Below are positions 21,443 through 33,082 of a stretch of 64,000 nt of DNA, piece by piece. The notes under the pieces are model-generated. The model was not told the origin of the DNA and searched no databases. It saw nothing but the letters and a program-made list of their open reading frames with translations. This DNA comes from Coleofasciculus sp. B1-GNL1-01 (lineage in GTDB: Bacteria > Cyanobacteriota > Cyanobacteriia > Cyanobacteriales > Coleofasciculaceae): the NCBI GenBank assembly GCA_040220235.1, contig JAVJTO010000088.1; one strand, written 5' to 3'. Position 1 is the stretch's first letter. Each line of letters begins with the position of its first letter. Made by a program: the position numbers and the translations under genes.

Positions 21443-22205
21443 CAATGATATATTTTCCCTGATAGCGGTGCAAGGGTATGAAAGGGTTTTACCTTATGTC
21501 CTTGAAGATGAGCCAATGTTCATGCTACTCAAAGCTTTTATATCTAAGGGTTTTGGAGTTGTGCAGTAAACCCGAAATAGAGAATGGGAACGGTTGTTGT
21601 AGTGCGAGCGTCTCGCTCGCTACTTTGTATGAATTTTTATCTATTGAGGCAAATTGGCTGGCACTAAATAAACCTTATAATTGCCTTTAAAACCTTTATT
21701 TTTAAGGGGTTCCAGTTCTTGCAGCAAACCCTAATTAATCGTTTACGCTTCTACTTTTCTATACATAACAACAACACTCAACCTGCTCTCTGAGTGACTT
21801 CCTCTGTGTAATTAATCCTAAATAGAGTTGCTCTAAATTCGATAATTCAGATGCATTGCTCCCTACATTTCTAGTTAGAGGATGTATCAGTCTTCGCGTT
21901 GAGTGTTGCTGTTAGAAGTTGTGTCTCGGATAAGACAGATATTAGATTTAACAGAGTTTTAGACTTCCCTCCTTTCTGGTTTTTCAAGTGACATTAATAT
22001 CTGTCATTGAAGCTTTCTCTTTCGCTTCAATTACTAATTTACTACTCTCTCAGAAAAGTACAACCCTTTGCAACGCTTTTTAATGTTTCTTTTCTTTCCA
22101 TAACTTATAGACACATAAGTTTAAATTGGTGAGAGTAGCGACTTGTAAGGGTTTGAGTAAAATTCACAGAACTTAACATGGTTCAGTTTATTTCCACCGA
22201 CCTAC

Positions 22206-22922
22206 TTAATTCTCAAATGGCTGCAAAGAAAAGCTTTGCACTAACGTGGTTTTGACGACATCCTCGTGAGTCGGTTGCAGCATATCTAGCAGAACCACGA
22301 TATTACTACGGTTAGGAGATAGCCGCACCTCTCGAATCCGATAGCCTTTCACGGCATCACGGTAGTTGTTCAAAGTACCCAGAGTTAAGCGCTGATTCTG
22401 ATAGTTGATGATTAAGCGCATGGACGCCCGTTCGACTGGAGACGTACCTCCAGATAAGACGGAGGGGATACGCCTTTGTTCTAGACGCAGTTGTAACGGC
22501 TGGTTCTTTAAGCGAAATGTAACAGTTTCGCTGTCATCCGGCTGACGGGTGCTATCGATGACAGGGAGTTTAATGCCAACTTTCAGCCGATTCAGTCCTA
22601 AATCTTGTCGGAGGGTTACTGTATCTTGCAGCAAGTCGTTTTCAGCCGCTTGATTGCTGAGACTATAGGCATCGCGATTATAGTCTGTTCGCAGACAACC
22701 ATTTCTGACACAGGAATTATTGGGGATATTGATAATTTGCAGATGAGCCGTGGGAACTTCTGTTACTGAATCCCGGTAACTTTCTAGATGAATATAATGG
22801 CGATTATCAGGGGAGAATCCAGCTAAGCGAACCGAGGTGTTGAGTATGGCTGCATATCCAGGGTTGAGGAACAGGATCACACTAGCTGCGATCGCGGAAG
22901 ACCCAAGTGATACAATTTTCAT
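22206..22922 (-). CDS. DUF2259-like secreted protein
   Basis: Signal peptide, then GFSPDNRHYIHLES motif. Confidence 0.65.
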   Translation of the reverse strand: MKIVSLGSSAIAASVILFLNPGYAAILNTSVRLAGFSPDNRHYIHLESYRDSVTEVPTAHLQIINIPNNSCVRNGCLRTDYNRDAYSLSNQAAENDLLQDTVTLRQDLGLNRLKVGIKLPVIDSTRQPDDSETVTFRLKNQPLQLRLEQRRIPSVLSGGTSPVERASMRLIINYQNQRLTLGTLNNYRDAVKGYRIREVRLSPNRSNIVVLLDMLQPTHEDVVKTTLVQSFSLQPFEN

Positions 22923-23063
22923 AATAAGTAGGTGGAGACAACTAAAGTTAATGGCGGGGATTGTCTTATGTCTTATGTCTTATGTCATACTCGTGAAGTG
23001 CCAAGCCAGCTAGGTTTATGTAAGAGTTTGAGAACTCTTTACGACACAATTTGATTCTGGATT

Positions 23064-23993
23064 TTAATTGAACTGAGACTGGAGGGCGACGGCGGCTTCT
23101 GCTAGCGCTTCTCGACCTTGATCTAGAAGGTGTGCCATGCCAATAAAGCCATGAATTGTACCATCATAGCGAGTTATTCTTACAGGTACACCCGCTTTTT
23201 GCAAGCGAATCCCATAGGCTTCTCCTTCATCTCGTAGGGGATCATATTCAGCCGTGATAATTAGGGCTGGGGGTAAGTTACTCAAATCGTCCGCCAGTAA
23301 CGGTGAAGCCTGGGGATTTTGTCCATCGGCGGCTGATGGGAGGTAATGATGCCAAAACCAAACTAATAACTCGGTGGTTAACAGGTAATCTTTGCCATTT
23401 TGCCGATGGGAGTCGGTGTCAAAGCCATACTGAGTCGCGGGATAAAATAGCACTTGATAACTTAAGCTAGGAAAGTTGCGATCGCGTGACAGTAAGGCGA
23501 CAACGGCGGCTAAGTTTCCGCCAGCGCTATCTCCACCAACAGCAATGCGTTTGGGATCACCGTGGAATGACGCCGCATTTTTAGCCACCCATTCCGTAGC
23601 GGTATACGTATCCTCTACGGCGGCGGGAAACTTATGTTCGGGTGCGAGACGGTAATCCACAGACACAACAATACATCCCGCTTGATTTGCCAAGGTGCGA
23701 CAGATACTATCCACCGCATCCAAGCTACCGATAACCCAACCACCACCGTGGAAAAATACCAGAACCGGAAAGGGTGGGTTTCCGGCGGGTGTATAAATTC
23801 GGATCGGAATATCTACCGTAGAACCCGGAATGGTACGATTGTCCACCGAGGCGACAGGTTCAGGTTTATGGGAAAATTGATCCGCCTGTGCTGCTTGTTC
23901 TCTCGCCGGGATGGGGTCAAGTTCATTTAGGGGAGGCAATCCTGATTGTTTAATTTGGTCTAATACTATTTGGGTTTGGGCATTCAGTGGCAT
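23064..23993 (-). CDS. Alpha/beta hydrolase (HSL-family esterase/lipase)
   Basis: HGGG oxyanion motif, GDSAG nucleophile, DPLRDEG, HGF. Confidence 0.92.
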   Translation of the reverse strand: MPLNAQTQIVLDQIKQSGLPPLNELDPIPAREQAAQADQFSHKPEPVASVDNRTIPGSTVDIPIRIYTPAGNPPFPVLVFFHGGGWVIGSLDAVDSICRTLANQAGCIVVSVDYRLAPEHKFPAAVEDTYTATEWVAKNAASFHGDPKRIAVGGDSAGGNLAAVVALLSRDRNFPSLSYQVLFYPATQYGFDTDSHRQNGKDYLLTTELLVWFWHHYLPSAADGQNPQASPLLADDLSNLPPALIITAEYDPLRDEGEAYGIRLQKAGVPVRITRYDGTIHGFIGMAHLLDQGREALAEAAVALQSQFN

Positions 23994-24343
23994 AATTAAT
24001 TGGCTATTAAATTGGATAGACTGATGATTAAAGGTAGTGGCGTGGCACACCTTATTTGGTAGATTATATTCGGCTTGTAGTAAGGGCTTCAGCCCTATCT
24101 TTTGTTGGGTTGAGCGAAGTCGAAACCCAACCTACAACCTATTCCACTATTTTAGCTGTGTCACGCCAGTAGGTTTTGTTGAGGCGTTATTGGTGAGGAA
24201 GGGCGGGTTTTGTTGAGGCGTTATTGGTGAGTGAGGGCGGGTTTTGCTGAGACGTTATCGGTGACAAGATAATTGAGTTCCTAAACCCGCCCCTACAATT
24301 GTTCCTAAACCCGTCCCTACAATTGATGTATGATTTATGAATT

Positions 24344-25462
24344 ATGATGTATAAACCAACAATCTGTATTACATTAGGTACTCGTCCAGAGGCGATTAAA
24401 CTTGCACCCGTGATCCAACAGTTTCAAGCCTGTGATCAGTTTCAGACTCAGGTGATTTTGACGGGTCAACATCGGGAAATGGTCGATCAGGTGATGCGGC
24501 TATTTCAACTTAAAGCTGACCGCGATTTAGCAATTATGCAAGCCAAGCAAACGCTGACCGATATTACCTGTCGAAGTTTGCGAGGATTGGAGGAGTTATT
24601 TGCTGAGATTAACCCACAGTTGGTGATTGTACAAGGGGATACGACGACAGCATTTGCGGCAACTTTAGCGGCATTTTACCAAAAGATTCCTGTGGGTCAT
24701 GTGGAAGCAGGGTTACGAACGGATGATTTGTTTAATCCCTATCCCGAAGAAGCGAATCGGCGGTTGATTTCTCAGTTAGCCCAACTGAATTTTGCGCCGA
24801 CTGCTAAGGCGGTGGAGAATCTCAAAACGTCGGGGATTGTGGGCGAGATTCATCAAACTGGAAACACGGTGATTGATGCGTTACTAACCGTAGCCAAGCA
24901 GGAACCTGAATGTCCGGTTCCAGGGTTAGAATGGGACAAGTATCGGGTGTTGTTAGCCACGGTTCATCGTCGCGAAAACTGGGGTAAACCGTTAGCAGAT
25001 ATTGCCCAAGCGTTTATTCAACTGTTGGATCAGTTTCCGGATACGGCGTTATTGTTACCGTTACACCGAAATCCGACGGTTAGAGAACCCCTGAAACAAG
25101 TATTAGGTAAACATCCGCGAGTCTTTTTGACCGAACCTTTAGATTATGGCGAATTAGTGGGCGCGATCGCACGGTGTTATCTGTTGCTGACGGATTCGGG
25201 GGGATTGCAGGAGGAAGCGCCAAGTTTGGGTAAACCCGTGTTAGTGTTGCGGGAAACCACGGAACGCCCCGAGGCGATTGAGGCGGGAACCGCGAAGTTG
25301 GTGGGAACGAATCCGAGTCAAGTTGTCGCTGTAGCCAGTGAATTACTCGGAGAGGCTAAGGCGTATCAAGTGATGGCTACCGCCGTTAATCCTTTTGGGG
25401 ATGGGTACGCCGCCGAACGGATTTTGCAAGTTGTTAAAGGGTATTTGTTAGGGACAGGTTGA
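24344..25462 (+). CDS. wecB: Non-hydrolyzing UDP-N-acetylglucosamine 2-epimerase
   Basis: GTRPEAIKLAP, HVEAGLRT, TDSGGLQEEAP. Confidence 0.95.
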   Translation: MMYKPTICITLGTRPEAIKLAPVIQQFQACDQFQTQVILTGQHREMVDQVMRLFQLKADRDLAIMQAKQTLTDITCRSLRGLEELFAEINPQLVIVQGDTTTAFAATLAAFYQKIPVGHVEAGLRTDDLFNPYPEEANRRLISQLAQLNFAPTAKAVENLKTSGIVGEIHQTGNTVIDALLTVAKQEPECPVPGLEWDKYRVLLATVHRRENWGKPLADIAQAFIQLLDQFPDTALLLPLHRNPTVREPLKQVLGKHPRVFLTEPLDYGELVGAIARCYLLLTDSGGLQEEAPSLGKPVLVLRETTERPEAIEAGTAKLVGTNPSQVVAVASELLGEAKAYQVMATAVNPFGDGYAAERILQVVKGYLLGTG

Positions 25463-25766
25463 GGTACTGTAGGGGCGGGTTTAGGGAGTAACGCTACTTA
25501 AGCAGCCGACAACTGAGCAACAAAACCCGCCCTGACCCCGTTGAAACTGATAGTTTTTCACCTTTGTCAGTCCCAACACCCGCCAAGAACTCAAGTTCTT
25601 GGCTGATAGCTTAAGTCCATTAAAATGGACTAAACTTAGAAATATAGTCGGTCTTTAGACGAATGCAAGCTTTTGGTTCTTTGGGTTAAAACCAAAGGCG
25701 GTTGGCGAGACTAAGAATTAACCAACAGGATCATTTATTTCCCAGCTAGACTGCTGATAGAGTTAA

Positions 25767-26315
<549 letters not shown>

Positions 26316-26392
26316 CCAGGGATTCTAAAAGCAGTAAATATTCAACCGGACATGATAGAAGGACAGGCTAAAGTTCCCTTACTACCAACCCA

Positions 26393-27046
26393 TCACAATA
26401 ACCACGTTTTCTTCGCAAAATCCGCAGGCTTTTCACTTTCCCGTTGAATCGGTCGTCCGATAGGGCGGGTGGGAGTTCTAGCGGGAGGACGTTTGCTTTC
26501 CACGGGTGGCGCGGGTTCTATCGGTCGCTTTTGTGTGGCTTTGAGGGATTCATTCTCTTGTTTAAGACTCTCCACTTCTTGCATCAATTTCTCATTGGCT
26601 TGGGCAAGTTGAACAGCGGCTTTTTTGGCGTCCTCAAACTCACTCTTTAAATGGTCGAGTTTCTTTAATTCATTTTGCAAATTTTCAACGGATTCGTGTT
26701 GCTGTTGTAATTGGGCTTCTAACTCGGTAATTTGTTCCTTTAACTGTTGTTCTCGTTCCTCAGCTTGGGCTAAACTATCTTTTAAATTAACAACAGTGGT
26801 TTCTTGTTGTTGGGCTTCTTCGAGTGCCTGTCTCAATTCCGCAACCGTAGCTTCAAGATCAGCTTTGGTGGGAGTTGAAGATTTACTGGTACTGGTTCTC
26901 CGGCGGGTTGCCATGGTTGATTCGTCCTCTGTTTCTGTATTCGGTTCGTTAGACTCTTCAATAAATTGCTGATGGGAAGATGGCGACTTTTCCACCTCTT
27001 CCCGCAATAAATCCGTTAACTTTTTTTTGGTCATTAGCACCCCCAA
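26393..27046 (-). CDS. Coiled-coil hypothetical protein overlapping parA-family gene
   Basis: Long E/Q/K heptad region; overlaps upstream ORF end. Confidence 0.7.
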   Translation of the reverse strand: MGVLMTKKKLTDLLREEVEKSPSSHQQFIEESNEPNTETEDESTMATRRRTSTSKSSTPTKADLEATVAELRQALEEAQQQETTVVNLKDSLAQAEEREQQLKEQITELEAQLQQQHESVENLQNELKKLDHLKSEFEDAKKAAVQLAQANEKLMQEVESLKQENESLKATQKRPIEPAPPVESKRPPARTPTRPIGRPIQRESEKPADFAKKTWLL

Positions 27047-27666
27047 TGATGGTGTAGTTCATCCGCCACCCGGCGATAATCGGCTTGGGCTTCACGGGCA
27101 TTTTCTCCGCCCAATTGAGTAATCGGTATCCCCTGCAAGGCGGCGCGTTCGTGGGCTTTGTACGTCCGAATAAACGTCCCGAATGCGGGAACACCAAGTT
27201 CTCGGAGTGTGGTTTGCGCCTCTAACGCTTCCCGACGACTGCGAGAGTCTACCCGAGTTAACAATACCCGATGGGCGGTTCCCACTGGCGCGATCGCCCG
27301 CCGTACTGTTTCCATTAAAACCGCTAAGTCCATCGGTGCGGGAGGTGTGGGTAAAACTATATAATCTGCGATCGCGACTACCGCAGTCAAGGCGTCTGAA
27401 CGCAGGGCGGGCGGTGTATCTACAACAGTTAATTCGTAGTCTTTCAGGGTTTGTAGGCGACTCAAGAGTTGAGGATTGGTTTCTTGGGCGATATCAAACC
27501 CGATTTCCCCCTCACTTCGTTCTACCCACCAACTGGCTGAACCTTGGGGATCAGTATCTACTAACAAAACCTGTTTTTTTTCCGCAAGTACGGCGGCTAA
27601 GTTGACTGAGGTTGTGGTTTTGCCTACCCCTCCTTTTCCATTAATAATAGCGATTATTTTGGTCAT
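27034..27666 (-). CDS. ParA family ATPase
   Basis: Deviant Walker [18 protein letters not shown]. Confidence 0.9.
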   Translation of the reverse strand: MTKIIAIINGKGGVGKTTTSVNLAAVLAEKKQVLLVDTDPQGSASWWVERSEGEIGFDIAQETNPQLLSRLQTLKDYELTVVDTPPALRSDALTAVVAIADYIVLPTPPAPMDLAVLMETVRRAIAPVGTAHRVLLTRVDSRSRREALEAQTTLRELGVPAFGTFIRTYKAHERAALQGIPITQLGGENAREAQADYRRVADELHHHWGC

Positions 27667-27805
27667 TTGTCATTGGTCATTCGTCATTCGTCATCCTCGC
27701 GAAGCGAGAAGCAAGCTACGTCTTAGGGTCAGGGCGGGTTTTGTATAAACGTTATCATCAATAGCGAAACGTGATTCCCTAAACCCGCCCCTACACATTC
27801 AACAT

Positions 27806-27946
27806 TTATACCGCTTCCGGTAAGGCTCCTTTCATCTTGCTTAACCAGTCGATTAAATTCTCTAACTGTTTATTGGCGTTGAGAACTCCTAATCCCCATA
27901 CTGTTACTTTACCAGAAGAATAGACAAAGCGCGATCGCAAATGTTC
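27806..27946 (-). repeat. Duplicated 3' end of mfd (141 bp)
   Basis: Colinear with 28921-29061, ends with GAA GCG GTA TAA (EAV*). Confidence 0.92.
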
Positions 27947-28112
27947 ATTGAATTAGAGATGTCTGAGTTACTTGACGAAGCTGCTAAAGGATTTGCCGTT
28001 GCTAAACCACCTGTTCATCATTGTATAATTGTACTGATCCCATTTCCAGTTCACCAAGCATCGCTATTTTGCAGCCTGTTAGTATTTTTTGTGAATCGTG
28101 GAGGTAAATCCT

Positions 28113-28370
28113 ATGGAAGCCAACCTGAATAGCACGCTTGGAGATCTAAAGCAAATTATACAGCACCTTTCGATTAGCGAGCGTTGGGTATTACTGAAGT
28201 GGTTAGTCGAATTGCTACAACAAGAACCTTACAATCAGCAGAAAGAGAATATAAAAATCAATTTTAGTGCAGTTCATCAAATTTGTGATGAGATTAGAAG
28301 TCTACCTGTTCTTGACAACCGATCTCCTGAGGAAATCATTGGCTATAATGAGTTTGGAGGATTGGATTAG
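28113..28370 (+). CDS. VapB-like antitoxin
   Basis: C-terminal LPVLDNRSPEEIIGYNEFG typical of VapB30-like antitoxins; stop overlaps vapC start. Confidence 0.75.
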   Translation: MEANLNSTLGDLKQIIQHLSISERWVLLKWLVELLQQEPYNQQKENIKINFSAVHQICDEIRSLPVLDNRSPEEIIGYNEFGGLD

Positions 28371-28756
28371 TGGTAATAGATCCTTCTGCTATTCTGGCAA
28401 TTATCTATGCTGAACCTGAAGAAGCAAAATTTTTAGACCTCATTGATCAGAGTGAAAACCGCCTTCTTTCTTCCCCTAGCTATGTTGAAATATCGATTGT
28501 TTTAGGCACTCGGCATGGTGAACAAGGCGTCAAAAAGTTAAATCGGTTAATCGACGAATTATCAATTGTTATAGTACCGTTCAGTCGAGAACAAGCAAGA
28601 TTAGCGACTGAAGCTTTCTTAAAGTTTGGTAAAGGTCGTCATCCAGCAAAGTTGAATATGGGAGATTGCTTTTCTTATGCCTTAGCAAAGGCGATGAGTC
28701 AACCTTTGCTTTTCAAAGGTAATGACTTCATCCAAACTGATATTGATAAGGCATAA
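28370..28756 (+). CDS. vapC: VapC PIN-domain toxin
   Basis: MVIDPSA..E..FGKGRHPAKLNMGDCFSYALAK..LLFKGNDF. Confidence 0.92.
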   Translation: MVIDPSAILAIIYAEPEEAKFLDLIDQSENRLLSSPSYVEISIVLGTRHGEQGVKKLNRLIDELSIVIVPFSREQARLATEAFLKFGKGRHPAKLNMGDCFSYALAKAMSQPLLFKGNDFIQTDIDKA

Positions 28757-28881
28757 GCTGTAATGCATTTAAATTGGGTATTAGTAGCGAGCAAGATGCA
28801 AAGCCTGCGGCATGGCTTCGCTAAACGCACTACAAGGATTGCGCCATTATTGATATTAAGGTTTAAATGCCGAACAGCTTA
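28754..28881. mobile_element. 128-bp MITE family B (TAAGCTGT...ACAGCTTA)
   Basis: Near-identical inverted copy at 62392-62519; left end coincides with the vapC TAA. Confidence 0.8.
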
Positions 28882-28920
28882 ACGATATCTCCCCCATCTT
28901 CCCCATCTTCTCCAACTCCC

Positions 28921-31900
28921 TCACACTGCTTCGGGTAAAGCTCCTTTCATCTTGCTTAACCAATCGATTAAATTCTCTAACTGTTTATTGGCTTTGAGAA
29001 CCCCTAATCCCCGTACTGTTACTTTACCAGGAGAATAGACAAAGCGCGATCGCAAATGTTCGGGCAGGTTTTCTTGTAATAGCTTCCAGGCGGGTTCCTC
29101 CATTGGTGTTTCTAGGGCGATGTGCTGTTTTCCTTCGGGTTTAATTCGACTAAATCCTAGGGATTTTGCCACCTGTTTGAGTTCGACAATCCGTAATAAC
29201 TGTTCAACGGGTGCAGGTAAAGGACCATAGCGATCATGCCAATCTGCGGCTATTTGGACTAATTCCGAATGAGAATTCGCCGCCGCAACTGTTCGATAGG
29301 CACTCATTTTTTGATCTAAATCGGGAATATAATCCGCAGGGATAAAGGCAGTGAGATTTAAGTCAATTTGGGTATCATCAACTTGCGGAATTTCTTGACC
29401 CTGAATTTCGCGAATGGCTTCTTGTAACATTTCCATATACAAATCAAAGCCAATTACGTCCATTTGTCCCGATTGTTCCGCCCCGAGGAGATTTCCCACG
29501 CCTCGGATTTCCATATCTCGCGTCGCCAGTTGATACCCGGAACCTAACTGGGTAAACTCCTGAATCGCCCGTAAACGCTTGCGGGCGGCGTCGGATAGGG
29601 TTTCTTGTTTGGGATAAAATAACCAAGCATGTGCCTGCACCCCGGAACGCCCGACTCGCCCCCGCAGTTGGTAGAGTTGGGCTAAACCAAAGCGCTGGGC
29701 GTCTTCAATCAGGATGGTATTCACACGGGGAATATCTAACCCGGATTCAATAATTGTGGTACAAACCAGGATATCCGCTTCCCCGTTACTAAAGGTAAGC
29801 ATGGTGGCTTCTAATTCCCCTTCGGGCATTTGTCCATGGGCAATTGCCAGTCTCGCCCCCGGTATCATTTCCCGCAATTTCGTGGCGACTTCTTCAATTC
29901 CCTCGACTCGGGGAACCACATAAAACACCTGTCCACCGCGATCTAATTCGGTGCGAATTGCCGTGCGAACCGCTTCGGGATTATAGGGGGCTAAATGGGT
30001 TTTAATCGGACGCCGGGAAGGAGGGGGAGTGGTAATTAAACTCATTTCCCGCACCCCAGAGAGGGACATATATAAGGTACGGGGAATCGGTGTGGCGGTT
30101 AAGGTGAGGACATCAACTTGGGTTTTTAGGGTCTTAATTTTTTCCTTTTGGTTCACCCCAAAGCGCTGTTCTTCATCAACAACTAACATGCCTAAGTCAC
30201 GGAATTTAACGCTTTTGCCTAAAAGTTGATGGGTACCAACAACAACATCTAATTCTCCAGTAGAAAGGCGGCGCTGAATTTCCTTACGTTCCTGGGCGGT
30301 ACGAAACCGATTCAGTAATCCCACATGAATCGGATAGGGGGCAAAGCGTTCTTTTAACGTGTGGTAATGTTGTTGGGTAAGAATCGTGGTTGGGGCGAGG
30401 AAGGCGACTTGTTTTCCGGAGGTAATCACTTTAAAAATTGCCCGCAGTGCCACCTCAGTTTTACCAAATCCCACATCCCCACAAACCAAGCGATCCATGG
30501 GGCGATCGCTCTCTAAATCTCGCTTTACGTCTTGCACGGCTTTGAGTTGATCAGGTGTGGGTTGGTAGGGGAAGGATTCCTCTAATTCGTCTTGCCAGGA
30601 TGAATCTTCCGGAAAGGCATGACCGGATCGTTGACTGCGCTGGGCATAGAGTTTGAGTAAATCAACCGCCAGTTTTTTAATGGTTTTGCGAACCCGATTT
30701 TTGGTCTTTTCCCAGGCTTTGCTGGACATTTTATTCAGTTGCGGCGCACGGCTATCGGCACTGCGATAGCGTGATAAAACCCCGACTTGATCGGCGGCAA
30801 CTCGTAATAAGCCATCGGCATATTTGATGACTAAATATTCACGGGTTTGATGGTTAAGGGTGAGGCTTTCTAGCTTGACAAATTGACCAATTCCGTGGTT
30901 TTTATGCACCACATAATCCCCAGGAGTTAATTTATTCGGGTCAACTTGTTTCGATGCGGCGCGGCGTCGCTTCCGCACATAACTGGGGGTGGCAAGGGTA
31001 TGCTGTCCAAAAAACTCGCGATCAGTAATTACAACCAAGCGAAATGTGGGCAGGATAAAGCCTTCCAATTCCGCTAATCCGGAATATTTTACCGCCACAG
31101 GTGTTTTCTGGCTTTGCAATTTATCAATTGCCGGATAATCGCGGGGATTGGGAACAAATTGAGCCGGACAATCATGTTCCTGTAACAGAGACACCGAACG
31201 ACTCGGTTGAGCCGAAACCAGCCAAACCGAAAACTTGCGATCGCGTTCACTGCGGACAATTTCTGCAAGTTTGGCAAATTGGTGTGGTGTGGCGGGAATC
31301 GGGCGGCTGGCTAAATTCACCGCCGTCTCATTGGTGGCTTCTGCTAGTTCCGATAAATAGAGTAAGGTTTGATTGTGTAGGGGCGGGTTTAGGGATTTTT
31401 GTTTCGTTGTTGATGATAACGTTTCATCCAAACCCGCCCTGACTGGGGTTTGAGTGTTGAATAATTGATCAAATGGACGATGCAGAGGGGGAAGAGGATG
31501 GGCTAACGTATCTAAATGATCTTGAGCATGTTCCACCCAGCGATCGCAATGAGCGCGACATTGTTCGGGTTCGTCAATGGCAATCACTGTATTATCGGGC
31601 AAATAATCCAACAGAGAAGCAGGTTTATCAAACGCCATCCCCAAAAAGCGACGACTCCCTTCCAGATGTCCCCCCGCTTGCCAAAGTGCCTGTTCCTCTT
31701 CCTCTAGATGGATTTGAACCTGTTGGGCTTGGGTATCACTAAGGGCATCAGTAATAATGGGGCTAAAATCAGTAGGGGTGAGTACCAGTTGCTCAATTTT
31801 ATCCAGGGAGCGTTGGGTTGCGGGGTCAAATTCGCGCAGTTGTTCGAGTTCATCCCCGAACCATTCCAAACGCACGGGTAATTCGGCAGCAACCGGGAAA

Positions 31901-32514
31901 ATATCCACAATATCACCGCGCCGACTCCACTGACCTTCCATTTCCACCAGGGGGACTCGTTCATAACCCAAGCGTGCTAATTGTTTATCGATGTCTTTCG
32001 TATCCCAACTTACGCCTCGGTTGATTGTCAGGCAGTAGGATGCAAAGGCGGCGACGGGTGGTAAATGGGGTTGGAGTGCCGCATGAGTAGCGACAATTGC
32101 CAGTTGTCCGTTGTGCTTTGTCTGTCCATTGTCCGTTGAAGTCCGTGGGTTACCCTGATCAGGACTGGACGAATGATCAATCACCAAATCGGCTAATACC
32201 TGCATTTGTCCCCAGGTCATTTCCGATTCTGGGTCAAAAGGTTCGTAGGGTGACGCTTCTGAGGTGGGATAGAAATGAACCGTTTGCCAGTTCATGGCTT
32301 CCAGTTGCACTGCCCAGCGACTGGCTTCCTCCAACGTGGCGCAGATAACCAAAAGATTGCGCCCTGCGGCTTGGGCGATGGCAGATGAGACTAATCCCTT
32401 CGGGAGACGGGCAATCCCATTCAGGTGCAAAGACGACTGACGATTTAGTTTAGCAAGGAGTTCACCCGTCAGGGGCGATCGCTCCAGAGTCCGAATGATA
32501 GAAGAGAATGCCAT
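28921..32514 (-). CDS. mfd: Transcription-repair coupling factor Mfd
   Basis: UvrB-like N-terminus, Car[34 protein letters not shown] motif. Confidence 0.97.
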   Translation of the reverse strand: MAFSSIIRTLERSPLTGELLAKLNRQSSLHLNGIARLPKGLVSSAIAQAAGRNLLVICATLEEASRWAVQLEAMNWQTVHFYPTSEASPYEPFDPESEMTWGQMQVLADLVIDHSSSPDQGNPRTSTDNGQTKHNGQLAIVATHAALQPHLPPVAAFASYCLTINRGVSWDTKDIDKQLARLGYERVPLVEMEGQWSRRGDIVDIFPVAAELPVRLEWFGDELEQLREFDPATQRSLDKIEQLVLTPTDFSPIITDALSDTQAQQVQIHLEEEEQALWQAGGHLEGSRRFLGMAFDKPASLLDYLPDNTVIAIDEPEQCRAHCDRWVEHAQDHLDTLAHPLPPLHRPFDQLFNTQTPVRAGLDETLSSTTKQKSLNPPLHNQTLLYLSELAEATNETAVNLASRPIPATPHQFAKLAEIVRSERDRKFSVWLVSAQPSRSVSLLQEHDCPAQFVPNPRDYPAIDKLQSQKTPVAVKYSGLAELEGFILPTFRLVVITDREFFGQHTLATPSYVRKRRRAASKQVDPNKLTPGDYVVHKNHGIGQFVKLESLTLNHQTREYLVIKYADGLLRVAADQVGVLSRYRSADSRAPQLNKMSSKAWEKTKNRVRKTIKKLAVDLLKLYAQRSQRSGHAFPEDSSWQDELEESFPYQPTPDQLKAVQDVKRDLESDRPMDRLVCGDVGFGKTEVALRAIFKVITSGKQVAFLAPTTILTQQHYHTLKERFAPYPIHVGLLNRFRTAQERKEIQRRLSTGELDVVVGTHQLLGKSVKFRDLGMLVVDEEQRFGVNQKEKIKTLKTQVDVLTLTATPIPRTLYMSLSGVREMSLITTPPPSRRPIKTHLAPYNPEAVRTAIRTELDRGGQVFYVVPRVEGIEEVATKLREMIPGARLAIAHGQMPEGELEATMLTFSNGEADILVCTTIIESGLDIPRVNTILIEDAQRFGLAQLYQLRGRVGRSGVQAHAWLFYPKQETLSDAARKRLRAIQEFTQLGSGYQLATRDMEIRGVGNLLGAEQSGQMDVIGFDLYMEMLQEAIREIQGQEIPQVDDTQIDLNLTAFIPADYIPDLDQKMSAYRTVAAANSHSELVQIAADWHDRYGPLPAPVEQLLRIVELKQVAKSLGFSRIKPEGKQHIALETPMEEPAWKLLQENLPEHLRSRFVYSPGKVTVRGLGVLKANKQLENLIDWLSKMKGALPEAV

Positions 32515-32920
32515 GATTCACCGCACGTTATTAGAAATAGACAACCCAAGCCGCCATCCATCGACTTATCCTATTGTAGAAGCCTTGGTCGGGGCAGGTT
32601 CAGTTATAGCTAGGTCAAAAAGAAATAATAATCGTGAAACTTGCCCCTACACTAAATCCCCAACCTGATTCACCCCACAGTCAATCTACCGCTCAACCCC
32701 TCTGCGCCCCTCTGCGTTAAAAAAACTAAGCTATCGCCCTCCTCAAACCTTGGTCAGGACAGGTTTCCTCCCCTAGATAGGAGTGAGTCAAAAGAACCCC
32801 CGACACCAAACCCCAGACGCTTCTCACATCACCTCTGGAACAGTCAAAACCCAGAACTCAAGTCATGCTTGATACTAGAACCTGAGAATACATCCTCTCT
32901 CATTCCCAGCCATTACACTC

Positions 32921-33048
32921 ATGTCCTCTGTCTCTCGCGAAATTGTCTTTGTCCTCTTGCTAATCGGACTCAATGGTATCTTTAGCTATGTCAGAGATGG
33001 CGATTGTTGCCGCTCGCAAGGTACGCCTGCAACAGTTAGCCAATCAAG
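32921..33048 (+). pseudogene. 5' remnant of HlyC/CorC (DUF21-CBS) hemolysin-family gene
   Basis: MSSVSREIVFVLLLIGLNGIF, +1 frameshift at ~32984, then AMSEMAIVAARKVRLQQLANQ. Confidence 0.8.
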
Positions 33049-33050
33049 AG

Positions 33051-33079
33051 TTGACAACCAAGCATTCCCAAGGTAACAT
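33051..33079 (+). promoter_or_regulatory. Sigma70-like promoter of tnpB
   Basis: TTGACA (33051-33056), 17 nt, TAACAT (33074-33079). Confidence 0.6.
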
Positions 33080-33082
33080 GAC

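Noticed and set aside
21540..21735. Short imperfect direct repeats around a hairpin as a CRISPR leader or ncRNA
   Set aside because: Only two weak copies and no array; evidence insufficient
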